From NCBI RefSeq assembly GCF_006345805.1, contig NC_043012.1, positions 19,530,001 through 19,594,000 of the forward strand: a stretch of 64,000 bases of DNA. Direction: 5' to 3'. The translations under genes and the position numbers were made by a program. The notes below the pieces were generated by a model, which saw only the letters and a list, made by a program, of their open reading frames with translations, searched no databases and had not been told where the DNA came from. Source of the DNA: Octopus sinensis (Eukaryota). Positions 24,980 to 36,972 of the stretch are shown one piece after another (the stretch's first letter is position 1; each line of letters starts with the position of its first letter).

Positions 24980-25023
<44 letters not shown>

Positions 25024-25027
<4 letters not shown>

Positions 25028-25225
25028 GTTTCCAAACAAGAAAACACACAAAATCAAAAAAACACAACAACGCGAGGACGTGGAACAAATAAAGTATTAT
25101 TGGACGCTCAGGAAAGAAGGGAAGATGGACGGTTTAACGTTTCGAGCGGAGCTCTTCGTCGGAAACATGGGCGAAGGAAATATCCCGAGAAGGGAAGACA
25201 GAGGAAAAACATCGCCAGTGGTACT
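25024..25225 (-). mobile_element. Short PLE-terminus-like element with minimal hammerhead motif (25132-25166)
   Basis: Reverse complement: gttt-CCGACGA-a-gagc-tcc-gctc-GAAAC-GTT-aaac; same family as 36783-36972; 3' end abuts (TA)n. Confidence 0.75.
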
Positions 25226-25254
25226 TACGAGGTCATATATTGAAAAGATATATA

Positions 25255-25289
25255 TATAGATAGATATATATAGAGAGAGATAGATAGAC

Positions 25290-25372
<83 letters not shown>

Positions 25373-25380
25373 GATATATA
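25255..25380. repeat. (GATA)n microsatellite
   Basis: Direct reading. Confidence 0.95.
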
Positions 25381-25774
25381 TCACAGCTGTTTCCGGGATA
25401 TTTTATATATCCCTACATCCGACACGGTGTGATAAAATGGTTGAGCAATAGTTATTTTAGATAAGATATAAACTAGGGAGTGAAGTGGAGGAATGATAAT
25501 AGACGTGAGATATGCAGGGATATTGCATCTGCAGATCCTTTATTTAGGCAGCGTTATATACATATAAGATTCCAGCACCAAATATAGAGTTTGTACTCAG
25601 TGTTAATGAATCGAATTGATGGTTTTATTTAAAGGCGTCTTAAAAGTTGTGAATGCATTTGTTCAGGCCAATCTTAATATCAAAACTTCTTACATATATA
25701 TATATATATTATATATATAATATATATATTATATGTATATAATATATATATATATATACTAATTATATATATAA

Positions 25775-25993
25775 TATAAGTTCAGCAAAAATGTAGATTC
25801 AAATGAATATGGTACCTAATTTAGATGCACCAGAATTTAGTATGGTGTTATCCATAAAAATCCAGGGGTTGATTATAATCAAAATAAGCAACAAGAATGA
25901 CACCGTTAATTTGGTACGATCGTTTTTTTACTACATGTAGTACGAAACGATCGTACCAAATTACCGGAGTCATTCTTGTTGCTTATTTTATTA
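25775..25993. mobile_element. Fold-back (arms 25875-25935 and 25936-25993) plus one-sided tail; same family as 18285-18792
   Basis: Centre tactaca|tgtagta; GAAAC-GATC-GTA at 25944-25955; shared caaaataagcaacaag and tail; flanked by (TA)n. Confidence 0.85.
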
Positions 25994-26014
25994 TATACAT
26001 ATATATATATATAT

Positions 26015-26046
<32 letters not shown>

Positions 26047-26094
26047 TATGTTTCGATGTGTGTGATTGTGTGTGTATCTGTGTGTTTCTGTTTA

Positions 26095-26300
26095 TATCTC
26101 AGCACCACTTGACAACAGGAATTGATGTGTTTAAGTTCGCTTAACTCAGCATGTGAAAAAAAGAGAGACCGACAAACTACGTTCCAGGGTAAAACAGGAA
26201 TAAAGAAGGAATTGAAGTGATAGATATATTCTATTCAAACTTCATCCAAGGCGATGCTCAGGCATGGCCGTGATCAAATTATTGAAACAAATAAAACAAA
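26095..26300 (+). mobile_element. Decayed copy of the SINE tail seen at 29345-29620
   Basis: cttgacaac...gatgtgttta...aaaagagagaccga...aaggcgatgctcaggcatggccg...tgaaacaaataaaa. Confidence 0.55.
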
Positions 26301-26596
26301 CTTAAAAGAAAAAAACGCATTTATCTGTGAGATGTGTGCATGTGTATAAATCTACACATGTATATGATCGTATTTATATAAGTGTTTGTCTCTGTATATG
26401 GAAAACAATGGCTGGCGCACATACTAGGATACGAACTTGCGTACATAAACAAGGGAATTCACGCTAAGTCCTTTCAGAAAATGCTTGTGCTCTTTTTTCT
26501 CTCTATTTGCCACAGGTCCGCGGATATTACTTCACATTGCTTCGAATGATATAATCGAGTACACAAATTATACTGAGGTGTGTGTGTGTATTCTTG

Positions 26597-26631
<35 letters not shown>

Positions 26632-26775
26632 TAGATGAGTGTATTTTACCTTGTTAACATTTAACACGGATAAATGAATGAATAGTTACCAGGACAGCAA
26701 AAATCTCACAAGTAAGATGTTGTAACTCCTTGTTATAAAGGTTGAAACTTCGTGTTTACGTTGAATATTTGAATA

Positions 26776-27486
26776 ATAGGAATAAAAATGGAGTTAACGC
26801 AGGTTTAAACAAGTTTTTTTTCTTTCTACATATGTTTCAAAAATTCCACTGATACTTATTCAAAGAATAAAAGGTATAAACAATGCAATCTTCTCTTCGG
26901 GAAAGGGAAAAAACGAAACTTGTCAATACGATATTTTAGCAAAAATGATGGATTCGTATAGCGATAGACAGAACGCTATTAATATTGTTTAAAAAAAACG
27001 ATATATGATATAACGTCATAAGTAGCTAACAGAAAGAGTAGGGATATTAATAGTGAATGTTAAATATAAAGGAAATTAAAGTCTAACTATATATATGATA
27101 GAGACTACTTATATGCACTAAAAGTATGTTTTTGCCAATGCTTACATCTTTTAGTGCAGTAGTCTCTATCATTATATATAGTTTAGACTTTAATTTCCTT
27201 TATATTTAACATTCACTATTAATATCCCTACTCTTTCTGTTAGCTACTTATGACGTTATATCATATACGTTTTTTTAAACAATATTAATAGCGTTCTGTC
27301 TATCGCTATACGAATCCATCATTTTTTGCTAAAATGTCGTATTGACAAGTTTCGTTTTTCCCTTTCCCGAAGAGGATTGCATTGTTTATACCTTTTATTC
27401 TTTTGAATAAGTATCAGTGGAATTTTTGAAACATATGTAGAAAGAAAAAATACTTGTTTAAACCTGCGTTAACTCCATTTTTTATT

Positions 27487-27491
<5 letters not shown>
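26776..27491. repeat. Long fold-back palindrome (~345-bp arms, 23-nt loop 27125-27147)
   Basis: ataggaataaaaatggagttaacgcagg...tgcactaaaag / cttttagtgca...cctgcgttaactccatttttattcctat; GAAAC-ATAT-GTA near 27428-27439; right arm abuts (TA)n. Confidence 0.92.
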
Positions 27492-27523
<32 letters not shown>

Positions 27524-27531
27524 ATTATATA

Positions 27532-27571
<40 letters not shown>

Positions 27572-28416
27572 TAAGTACATATTTAAGTTGTAATAGAAAG
27601 ACAAATATAAGAACACGTTTGGCTTCCTGTTTAATGTCGACTCAGCTATAATCGAATTCTAGTCACGTTTTCAACTTTATACAAAAGACACTAAAGTAAT
27701 GAATTCTTGAAAAGTTGAAAACTAGAACACACATGCAGAAAGTGTCACGCAGTGGATGGCACAACAATCGAAGTTACACATTGCTTTTGATTTCATAAAT
27801 AATTAAAACACATCCCCAACAGGGAAATATTTATAATAATCGAAATCGACAATTAACAGAACACTTAATGACTACAAACGCATACTCACGAACATGTATA
27901 AGAGTAAATATGACTGTACGCCTGTATAAGTGTATATGCATATATGTGTATATGAATATATATGTGTTTACATAAATGTGCGTGAGCGTGTGTGTATATA
28001 CAATATAGGCACGCGCACACAAACAGACACACACACATGCACACACAGGCATATGTAAACAATGGGATATTTGCATTGGAATATGATTTCAGAAAATGTA
28101 GGTTCTTTGTTTATTATGAATATATAGCTGGTGAATGAATTGTGCAGAACGTTTGTTTACATTGAGCATTGGTAGTTACTAGCGAAAGTGAGAAAGCTTG
28201 CTGAATAACTTATTGTCTCCAAATAAGCGTAATATGACTAGATTCCTCTGAGAACGTTGTCAAAGTTAATATTTCATGACAGTAACACGATCTATAATAG
28301 CTGTATATTAATTTCAGTTCTCACAAAAACATAACCCAAATATGTAACGTAATTATTGGAAGAATTGTTTGCTAAAATATGTGGTATTTACATATACATA
28401 CATGTATATATATATG

Positions 28417-28484
<68 letters not shown>

Positions 28485-28494
28485 AATATCTATA

Positions 28495-28549
<55 letters not shown>

Positions 28550-29344
28550 TAATAAATACTACATATATGCATATATACATATGCGCGCACACGACGTCAC
28601 GAAACGTGTACAACACAAGAATACGAAGCACGACTACATGGAACATGAACTATTCTTTCGAACAACGAAAGACACAAATGGAAAACAAAACAAGTAACAT
28701 GAAGTACGGCCCTTTATCAGTTCTTCGCTGTTTTGTATTTCGAGCATATATATTTGGGTGGTGAATTTTGTGTGTGTGTATATGTTTTCTTTGCGTATGT
28801 ATGTATACATATACTTGCACATACATGCATATATTTAAATCTTCGCAATTTCTAGGTGAAACCTGTAGCGAAACATTTGATGGTCAATGCTTTTTGCATA
28901 TATTTGTGAATTGCTTACAAAAAATGAAAACAGCATGGTACTGTTATTAAATGAATGCACTTATTGGTGCTACAGTTTTTGGCATTGCAAGTAAGCATAT
29001 AAATCAAAATTACTCTATCAACATCAGCAATTCTATACACACCTTGTCTATCTTGGAAAAACATCACTCTGAATCTTTTTTAGGAAATGAAATAGCTTGA
29101 TATCTTACAGTCCTGACATGCCCAAAAGGATTGTAATGAATACTCATGTAATATGAGATACACTTAACATTTTGCAATTTGTGGTACGTGATGTCGAAAA
29201 ATATCAATATTTGAAGAACATATCAAAAGTGAAGTTGACAAATCAATGTCTAGTGATGAAAATACAGATACTCGTACCATATGTTCAGTACTTAGTGTCT
29301 ATTAATCGGGTGATCCGTAACCAATCCAGCACCTCCCACTCCGA

Positions 29345-29620
29345 TTTGGTAGACAGAAACTGAAAGAAGCCCGTCGTATATATGTATGTATATGCGTACG
29401 TGTGTTTGTGTGTCTATGTTTGTCCCCCTAGCATTGCTTGACAACCGATGCTGGTGTGTTTATGTCCCCGTTACGTAGCGGTTCGGCAAAAGAGACAGAT
29501 AGAATAAGTACTGGACTTACAAAAGAATAAGTCCCGGGGTCGAATTGCTCGATTAAAGGCGGTGCTCCAGCATGGCCGCAGTCAAATGACTGAAACAAGT
29601 AAAAGAGTAAAAGAGTAAAG
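29345..29620 (+). mobile_element. Cephalopod-type SINE, 3' portion
   Basis: gatttggtagacagaaactgaaagaagcccgtcg-(TG-rich)-cttgacaaccgatgctggtgtg...ggggtcgaattgctcgattaaaggcggtgctccagcatggccgcagtc, ending in a taaaagag tandem tail; second decayed copy at 26095. Confidence 0.7.
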
Positions 29621-30930
29621 TGTATATTCCTCGCTTTCTCACTAAGTAGTTATAAAAGTGACATATTGACGGTAGTACTAGAGACTTAATTATATGTATA
29701 TGCATGAGTATATTATGTATAAAAACACGCACGCATGCACGCACACCCACTCACACACACATACATCATACATACGTATGTAAATGTGCATGGATGTAGA
29801 TTTGCACACATATATGTGCGTGTGTGTGTGGATGAATGTGTGCGTTTGTGTGTGTATGTGTGTGTCATTGTGAGCATATGTGTATGTGTCTGTGCGAGTG
29901 TTTCAAATCATAACAATAGGAAAATTTACACATAGGGCGTTGGTACTTCCTTGTCACATATCCTCTAAAAGATCATAATCTCGCGCCTTTAACAATAACA
30001 ATATCCATTCTTTGTGGGGTCAGCGGTGAAAATCCGCTGGGAATAGCTAGCGAACGTAAGGGATACTAACGTAAACCCGACAATATATAGCTGTAAAAAC
30101 AAAACAAAAAAACTGACTCTACGATTTGCAGAATATAACCTAGCGCCAAGAAAGTGGAAAGTATCCAATAGGATCGGAAACGAGAATGTGAGAGTGGAAA
30201 ACCAGACCATATGGTGAAAATAGAATCGATTTCAAGGTACAGAGAAACGTGACAGTGTGGGGGGGGGGGGAGAAAGAAAGAGTGGCGAGTGCAGAGAGTG
30301 GGAAATAGAGAGTGAGATGGAGGGAAGGAGAAAGAGAAATCAAAGAGAGAGAGAAAAGAACAACGAAAGAGAAAAAAGACAAAAATTGCTGTCGCATAAA
30401 AAGTATTCGACTGAATGTGTAAAACAAATAAGGACATTAAATACATCTATTATAATATATGCAACCCCCTCCCTCACTATTCAATGACACTTCTTCTACT
30501 CCTCTTGCTGGGGTGAGAGTAATAGTAGGCATAGAGACGGTGAGGGTGGTAGTAGATTGACAGTAATAGGGTGATAGTAACGGTATAAGCTGTAGATGTG
30601 ATATAGGTGGAGGCACCGGTGATGATGGTGGTGGTGGTAGCTGAGGCGGTCAAACATGACAGTGATAGCAAGGGATGTGACAGCGGTGATGATGGTGGAG
30701 GGTAAGGCGGCGAAGTCACACGAGCTTATGGTGTTGGCGTCAGAAGTCTGAAAGGCGTGTTTATAGCGGTTGTGGTAGCGATGGTGGAGCTATTGGTGAT
30801 GGGGAACGGAAAGAAAGAGATAGTAAGAGAGGTAGAGTGAGAGAGCGCGCGAAAGAAAAAGGTTATCTAGAAAAAAAATAATCCCCGAATGGGAGGACAA
30901 AAAAAAAATGTTTCTAATAAATCTCAGAGC

Positions 30931-31178
30931 GAGTTATAAACAGTAGCTACAACACATCGTGACGTATATTTGCCTTTTAAATATGGCTAACCCCTAAGGG
31001 TGGATGCTACTGAAGTTTGTAGCCCCAGGAGGATAGCTCCTCCAGCTGACTAAAAAGATACTGATAAGGCACAGAAAGTGTCTATAGCCAGTTGGAGGAG
31101 GTGTCCTCCTGGGGCTACAAACTACAGTAGCATCCACCCTTAGGGGCTAGCCATATTTAAATGGCAAATATACGTCAC
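30931..31178. mobile_element. Dispersed fold-back fragment of the ~355-bp retrozyme-like monomer (ribozyme part absent)
   Basis: atggctaacccctaagggtggatgctactg...ccccaggagg...cctccagctg and its reverse complement match 735-830 and 2100-2240. Confidence 0.9.
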
Positions 31179-31466
31179 AAATATATATACGTCACAAATA
31201 TAAGTCCCAAGTCGACATATATGATTGTTTTGACGAAAATTGTCCATTCTATAAAAAATGTTGGTCAAGTTTAACAAAATTTGATATGCATTCCATGCAT
31301 GAAGTGTCGTTATTGGGTTATTGGGCTAAACGCCTAGTGAAAAACACTCCACTGGCGCTACCTGTCGGGCGGCTTTTAAGCAACTTAAACAAAATGCGCC
31401 AACATTTTTATAGGAACATAGCAAAAACAAAACTCAAACAAAGGATGTGACTAACAATATACATAC

Positions 31467-31505
<39 letters not shown>

Positions 31506-32021
31506 AAGTGACAAACTGAGGAAAACAAATCCTTCAAAGGGGTGTGTTAAACATCCAATAATGTTCTATATTATATTCATAGTATTTAATGTACTATTGT
31601 AATATAAACAAATTCCTGAATGTCAATAGAATATCTCAATATTTAATGTACATATAGCTGATTTTTATACAAAAACAAGACGAGGATTGTTGTATGAACA
31701 ACAAGCAGGCGTAACGTAGATATCTCTATATAAAGCTATGAATAATAGTCATTTCATATTTTTCCTTAGGCTTACAGTTGTTTCCCGTAGTTCGTCAGTG
31801 AGAGGTTTTTCAGTTGGACTGTTGTTCAGAATTGTTCATTTGAGAAGAATTGAACGATCTCAAAAAATTAATGCAACTTTCGTCAGAGCCATTTCTGGTT
31901 ATAACAAACCATATCACCGAAGGAATGGTATAATTAAACCTTCACACACACACACACACACATGCATATATATATATATATTTACACATACATACATACA
32001 CGCACACGCACATATACACAC

Positions 32022-32056
<35 letters not shown>

Positions 32057-32372
32057 ACGGTCATTTTCATAGCATATTTCATAGCCTTGATATCTGCTGA
32101 GATGCCGGGGCAGATTTCCGCCCTGATATCCGAAATTCAGAGTTCTATTAGGGCGACCGAATAATTGTCACATAATATATTAGAGATAAATTCCTCTATT
32201 TACATACTATCGAGGTCTCATTCATACTTTTGTTGTCATACCATTACTAGTAATATACACACATATATATAATATATATATATATAATATATATATATAC
32301 ATATATATATATATTATATATACATATATATATATACATATATATATACATATATATACGCATAATATATAT

Positions 32373-32418
<46 letters not shown>

Positions 32419-32503
32419 TTCGAGACAAAACCACTATTTTGCAAAACAAACAAGGAAAGACTTAATCAATACATACAAATTTTTAATATAAAGAAATAAA
32501 CCG

Positions 32504-32546
32504 CCACTACAATCGTTTCATGTCTTCAATGACATTCGTCAGGTGG
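32504..32546 (-). ncRNA. Type I hammerhead, intact core
   Basis: Reverse complement: ccac-CTGACGA-atgtc-attgaa-gacat-GAAAC-gatt-GTA-gtgg. Confidence 0.85.
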
Positions 32547-32597
32547 ATTTTCGATCTCCTAATCTTTTAAATTAAAACAGATTAGGAGATCGAAATT

Positions 32598-32640
32598 CCA
32601 CCTGACGAATATCATTGAAGACATGAAACGATTGTAGTGG
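32598..32640 (+). ncRNA. Type I hammerhead, intact core, one stem II mismatch
   Basis: ccac-CTGACGA-atatc-attgaa-gacat-GAAAC-gatt-GTA-gtgg. Confidence 0.8.
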
Positions 32641-32816
32641 CGGTTTATTTCTTTATATTAAAAATTTTTATGTATTGATTAAGTCTTTCCTTGTTTGTTT
32701 TGCAAAATAGTGGTTTTGTCTCGAATTAATATTATATAATATTTTACTATAAAATTGGATTTAATCCTAAATCTGATTTTTTGCCTGTAAATTTGGATTT
32801 ATTCCCTAATATTTAT

Positions 32817-32851
<35 letters not shown>

Positions 32852-32916
32852 TATATATATGTATATATATATGTATATATAATATATGCGTGTATATATA
32901 TGTATATATATATATG

Positions 32917-32958
<42 letters not shown>

Positions 32959-33724
32959 TATATATATACATATATCTATATCTGAGTGTGTGTGTGTGTC
33001 TATGTAACTGAGTGAATATGTGTATGTGGCGTATTAATGCATATATATACGTAAACACACACACGCACATATACAGATACACGCACAAGTACACACATAT
33101 ATATACACACACATCTGGCTAATTTCAGGTACAGTCTAGCAAAACAGCCCGAGATTGTTGGACAGAGACCGGTGCTATGTGGTTGAGGCGCATACTGTGT
33201 ACGGTCTCCGACTATACATATATACATACATATGAATAATTTACGTATGAATAATTCAGGCGTATATAAACAGCAGAACAACCAAACGTAGCACTTTAAT
33301 TTATGAGCTTATTTTTCTCTTTTGCTATATTGTGTTAAGGTATTCCAATTGAAATCTGAATACCTTGGAAGTTATACATTATCTACAAAATCAAAGTAAT
33401 TCGCCTCTGCACCTGTGGGAGCGTTGCCTATGTTGATATTCCATCAAAGTGTCACTAACTACAAATGTTGCGTGTTATTTCCCATAAAGAACCACCCCCC
33501 AAAGGTGCTGCGTGCAAATTAGGAGGAGAATTGCTTCCTGATATTTCCATATGTATCAATTAAGGCATATAGTTACATACATAGCAACATAAAATTACGA
33601 ACAAACGCACAGTGGTACACATACACACTCACACACAATCACACACGCATTTATATACTTCTTAGCTACATACACATCCACAAATTTTACATACATATGT
33701 GTATGTATACATACATATATATAC

Positions 33725-33759
<35 letters not shown>

Positions 33760-33763
33760 ATAT

Positions 33764-33801
<38 letters not shown>

Positions 33802-34014
33802 GAGGGAGTGTTTTTTGTCTATTAGTGTGTCAATATGGCAGTGTATTCCTATACATATTCCTGATAAATTTTACTTGCTAATGTTTGTATGTGGTATATA
33901 ATCTCTACTGTAGCACTTTACTGTGAGTTCACCAGCTGTGTTCATAAATGCATGAACTATATTGTTACAAATAAATATTGTTCTCAAATGTAATTATTAT
34001 ACGCATGTGTATAT

Positions 34015-34047
34015 CTACCTCTCTATCTATCTACATGTCTATCTATA

Positions 34048-34089
<42 letters not shown>

Positions 34090-34097
34090 CCTGTCTG

Positions 34098-34147
<50 letters not shown>

Positions 34148-34164
34148 AATCAATCTATCTATCC

Positions 34165-34200
<36 letters not shown>

Positions 34201-34260
34201 GCCTGTCTGTCTGTCTATATATCTATTTATCTATTTTATCTGTTTATCTATTCATCTATT
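34015..34260. repeat. (TCTA)n microsatellite
   Basis: Direct reading. Confidence 0.95.
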
Positions 34261-34353
34261 GCTAACCTAGTCAGGCGGTGCCTAGACATCACTCTTTATC
34301 GTAAAGTACTAGAAAAATACGGAAACCCATTCTCCCTTTACATAGAAAATAAC

Positions 34354-34865
34354 TATCAGGTTGTAAACAAATCCTTGTGGAATTTTAAATTTTGCTTTTA
34401 AATTATGTACTTTCAAGTTAATGTTCACTATATTACTTTGTATATAATTTTAAAGCCTTTTTTACGCTCTATCTAATCGTGTTACTCTTTTTTATTTAGG
34501 CTATTCTTTCCGGAACATTGAATACAACATAGACAAAAAGCAAATTCGCGCAATTTCGTATCCTAGTTTATGCTAAGCCGAAAAGCTGCTGAAATAGCTG
34601 GTGATATCATCGATGTGTTTGGCCCAGCAACCTCTAATAAAAGTACAGCACAATTGTAGTTCAAGAAATTTCGTAGCGGTGATGAGAGACTTGAAGATGA
34701 TAAGCGTATTGGTCAGCCAACGGATGTTGACAACGGTTACATAAGAGCCTTAGTCGAAGTCAGCCCACGCACGACTGTTCGAGAGCTTGCTTCTGAATTA
34801 GACGTAACGTAACGACAATTTCCAAACACTTGAAGGAGATTGGAACAACAAAAAATTTTGAGAAA
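34354..34865 (+). mobile_element. Mariner remnant: left TIR and decayed transposase N-terminus
   Basis: tatcaggttgtaaacaaatccttgtggaattttaaattttg TIR; FKKFRSGDERLEDDKRIGQPTDVDN; same family as 48145-49051. Confidence 0.8.
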
Positions 34866-36727
34866 TTTTAAAAGGACCGGTTTTCCAGCCGTTATAAACT
34901 GCAAACTTAAACAATTTTCCTTGCTAATAATTATTTCATACAAAACGTCCTTCAGACAATTTCTTTACAAATTTCAGGTGGCTGAAATTTTACATTCTCC
35001 GATTGTTCGTGATTATAGCGGCTAAATTAACTTATGCGCTTTCTGAGCACTTGCAACGCATGTTTAAATTATTTTAGGTGAGGCTTTGTAACCTTTTTGG
35101 TATCATAATCCCGTTGTACTGCTGTGTCATCGCAGTGTTTCAAAGTTGTTATCTACAGAAGAACGACAATGACTGGCTTATTGAAACTAACATGCAAATC
35201 AATGAATAGAGGGAAGATCTAAAACCTCTTCCTCTCTGAGTTTAATTGGCTTAAACCCAAACATAACACATATTTCCAATTACACTGTGAATGATGCAAT
35301 TATATCATTAGGAGAAAGCCGCATAATACATTCCTAAATAATATAAAAGAATATGTATATAGTTATCCCTGAATATACCTGATCGAATAATGCATGTTAG
35401 TCAGCGATGTACGAGAGGTTCGTTGTCGAGAATATAGACAATAAAATGAAATATAACAATATTTGAGATATTGGCAACTCCAAAAGTATAAAGAAGTTAT
35501 CCTATTTCAATTGTAACGTGGAGCACATGGGAAAGAAAACTTATGTTATTGAAACTGGAGAGAAGTTCGATGATTAATGCGGAGAGACGCAGCATATCTT
35601 CAATAGATTACGACTTTATGTTTGTACTCGTTAAATGAACTCCTACGAGTATCAGTGTTATAGAACGCCTGCTCTTGAATATCAAAGTGGATTAGTGATC
35701 AATGTAAACAATGACAGCAATATATGTGTAAGAATAGTTAAGCATTTCACTGCAATGTTATGTAATATGCAACGTTAAATATACATATATATTATATATA
35801 CTGTCGAATATTGTGTAGAACATGAGCGGAAAGCAGTTGTCATGGCTTCAAAAATAAAAACGAATAAATAGCAAAAGCGGCAAAATATGCCCTAAATGCA
35901 ATGATACGACATGACAACTGGTAAAATTTCTTCAAAGAAGATGCAAAACAGAATGGGTAATATTTTCATTTAGACAATGTATTATATATAAGTTAATTAA
36001 CTTTTTCCAAGATAGAGTTTTAGGACAGTCAAAGATCTGTCGAAATTTATATTTTGAAAGCTATTGGAACCAGGATACTGAAAGTTTTAGAAACATATTT
36101 TGAAAGTTGTATTTCGAAAAAAAAATAATTGAGGTAGGTTAAATATAATAAACTAGCTCCGTTCATGACAACGACATCAATTATATATACAAACAAAGAC
36201 ATACTCGTAAACATGACTAATACATAAGTTCTTTTCTTATGTGAGACTAGACAGAGTCGCTACAGAAAATGATGATATAACTCTGATTATAATCTCCAGC
36301 ATTTTAGAGGATACTGTCTGTAATATCGCATTTGTACTTATTCCGAGAAAGTGGGTCTCATATGTGAAATGCATTATATTGATAGTAGAGTAATATTCTT
36401 CGCAATAACAGAATTATATTGGTTAGCTTACCACAGTTTATATGACGAAATTTTATAAACTACACACCCAAATATTGTCTAACTCCCACTTTATTGTCTT
36501 ATACAATGGGGACTTCCATAAAAAAAATTTAAAGCTGTGTTGAAATAAGTGACTTACTGTTTTGAACTTACAGCGGTAGTCTAAACTCGCTAATATCTCG
36601 ACGCAGATGACAAAACAAAATACGTTTCATGTTAGGCAGATATTTCTTTATATATACTGCACTGAATAATATTAAATGTCGCAGCATTTGATTTTAGAAA
36701 CAGCGAAGTGTTAGAGGGAGAAACATG

Positions 36728-36782
<55 letters not shown>

Positions 36783-36972
36783 GTTAATCCAAACAAGAAA
36801 GCACAAAAAAAACACAACAACGCGAGGACGTGGAACAAATATAGTATTATTGGACGCTCAGGAAAGAAGGAAAGAAGGAGGGTTTAACGTTTCGAGCGAA
36901 GCTCTTCGTTGGAAACATAGAAGGAAAGATCCAGAGAAGGGAAGATAGAGGAAAAAAATCGCCAATGGTACA
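36783..36972 (-). mobile_element. Second copy of the 25024 PLE-terminus-like element; hammerhead motif 36882-36916 with decayed core
   Basis: Reverse complement: gttt-CCAACGA-a-gagc-ttc-gctc-GAAAC-GTT-aaac; flanked by (TA)n and (TG)n. Confidence 0.75.

Larger units (their letters stand above)
32409..32735. mobile_element. Fold-back palindrome (~157-bp arms, 13-nt loop 32566-32578) with a hammerhead in each arm
   Basis: Arms nearly perfectly complementary; left end abuts (TA)n; family fragment also at 1-83. Confidence 0.92.

Noticed and set aside
29990-30900. Promoter or first exon suggested by GC/purine-rich, CpG-containing sequence and a CCAAT
   Set aside because: Mostly (GA)-rich and decayed (GGT)n sequence; no supportable TSS or coding exon
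31769-31800. Minus-strand CTGACGA-actacgg-GAAAC-aact-GTA hammerhead-like motif
   Set aside because: Stem I does not pair, stem II is at most 1-2 bp and the stem III loop is not palindromic; excluded from the count
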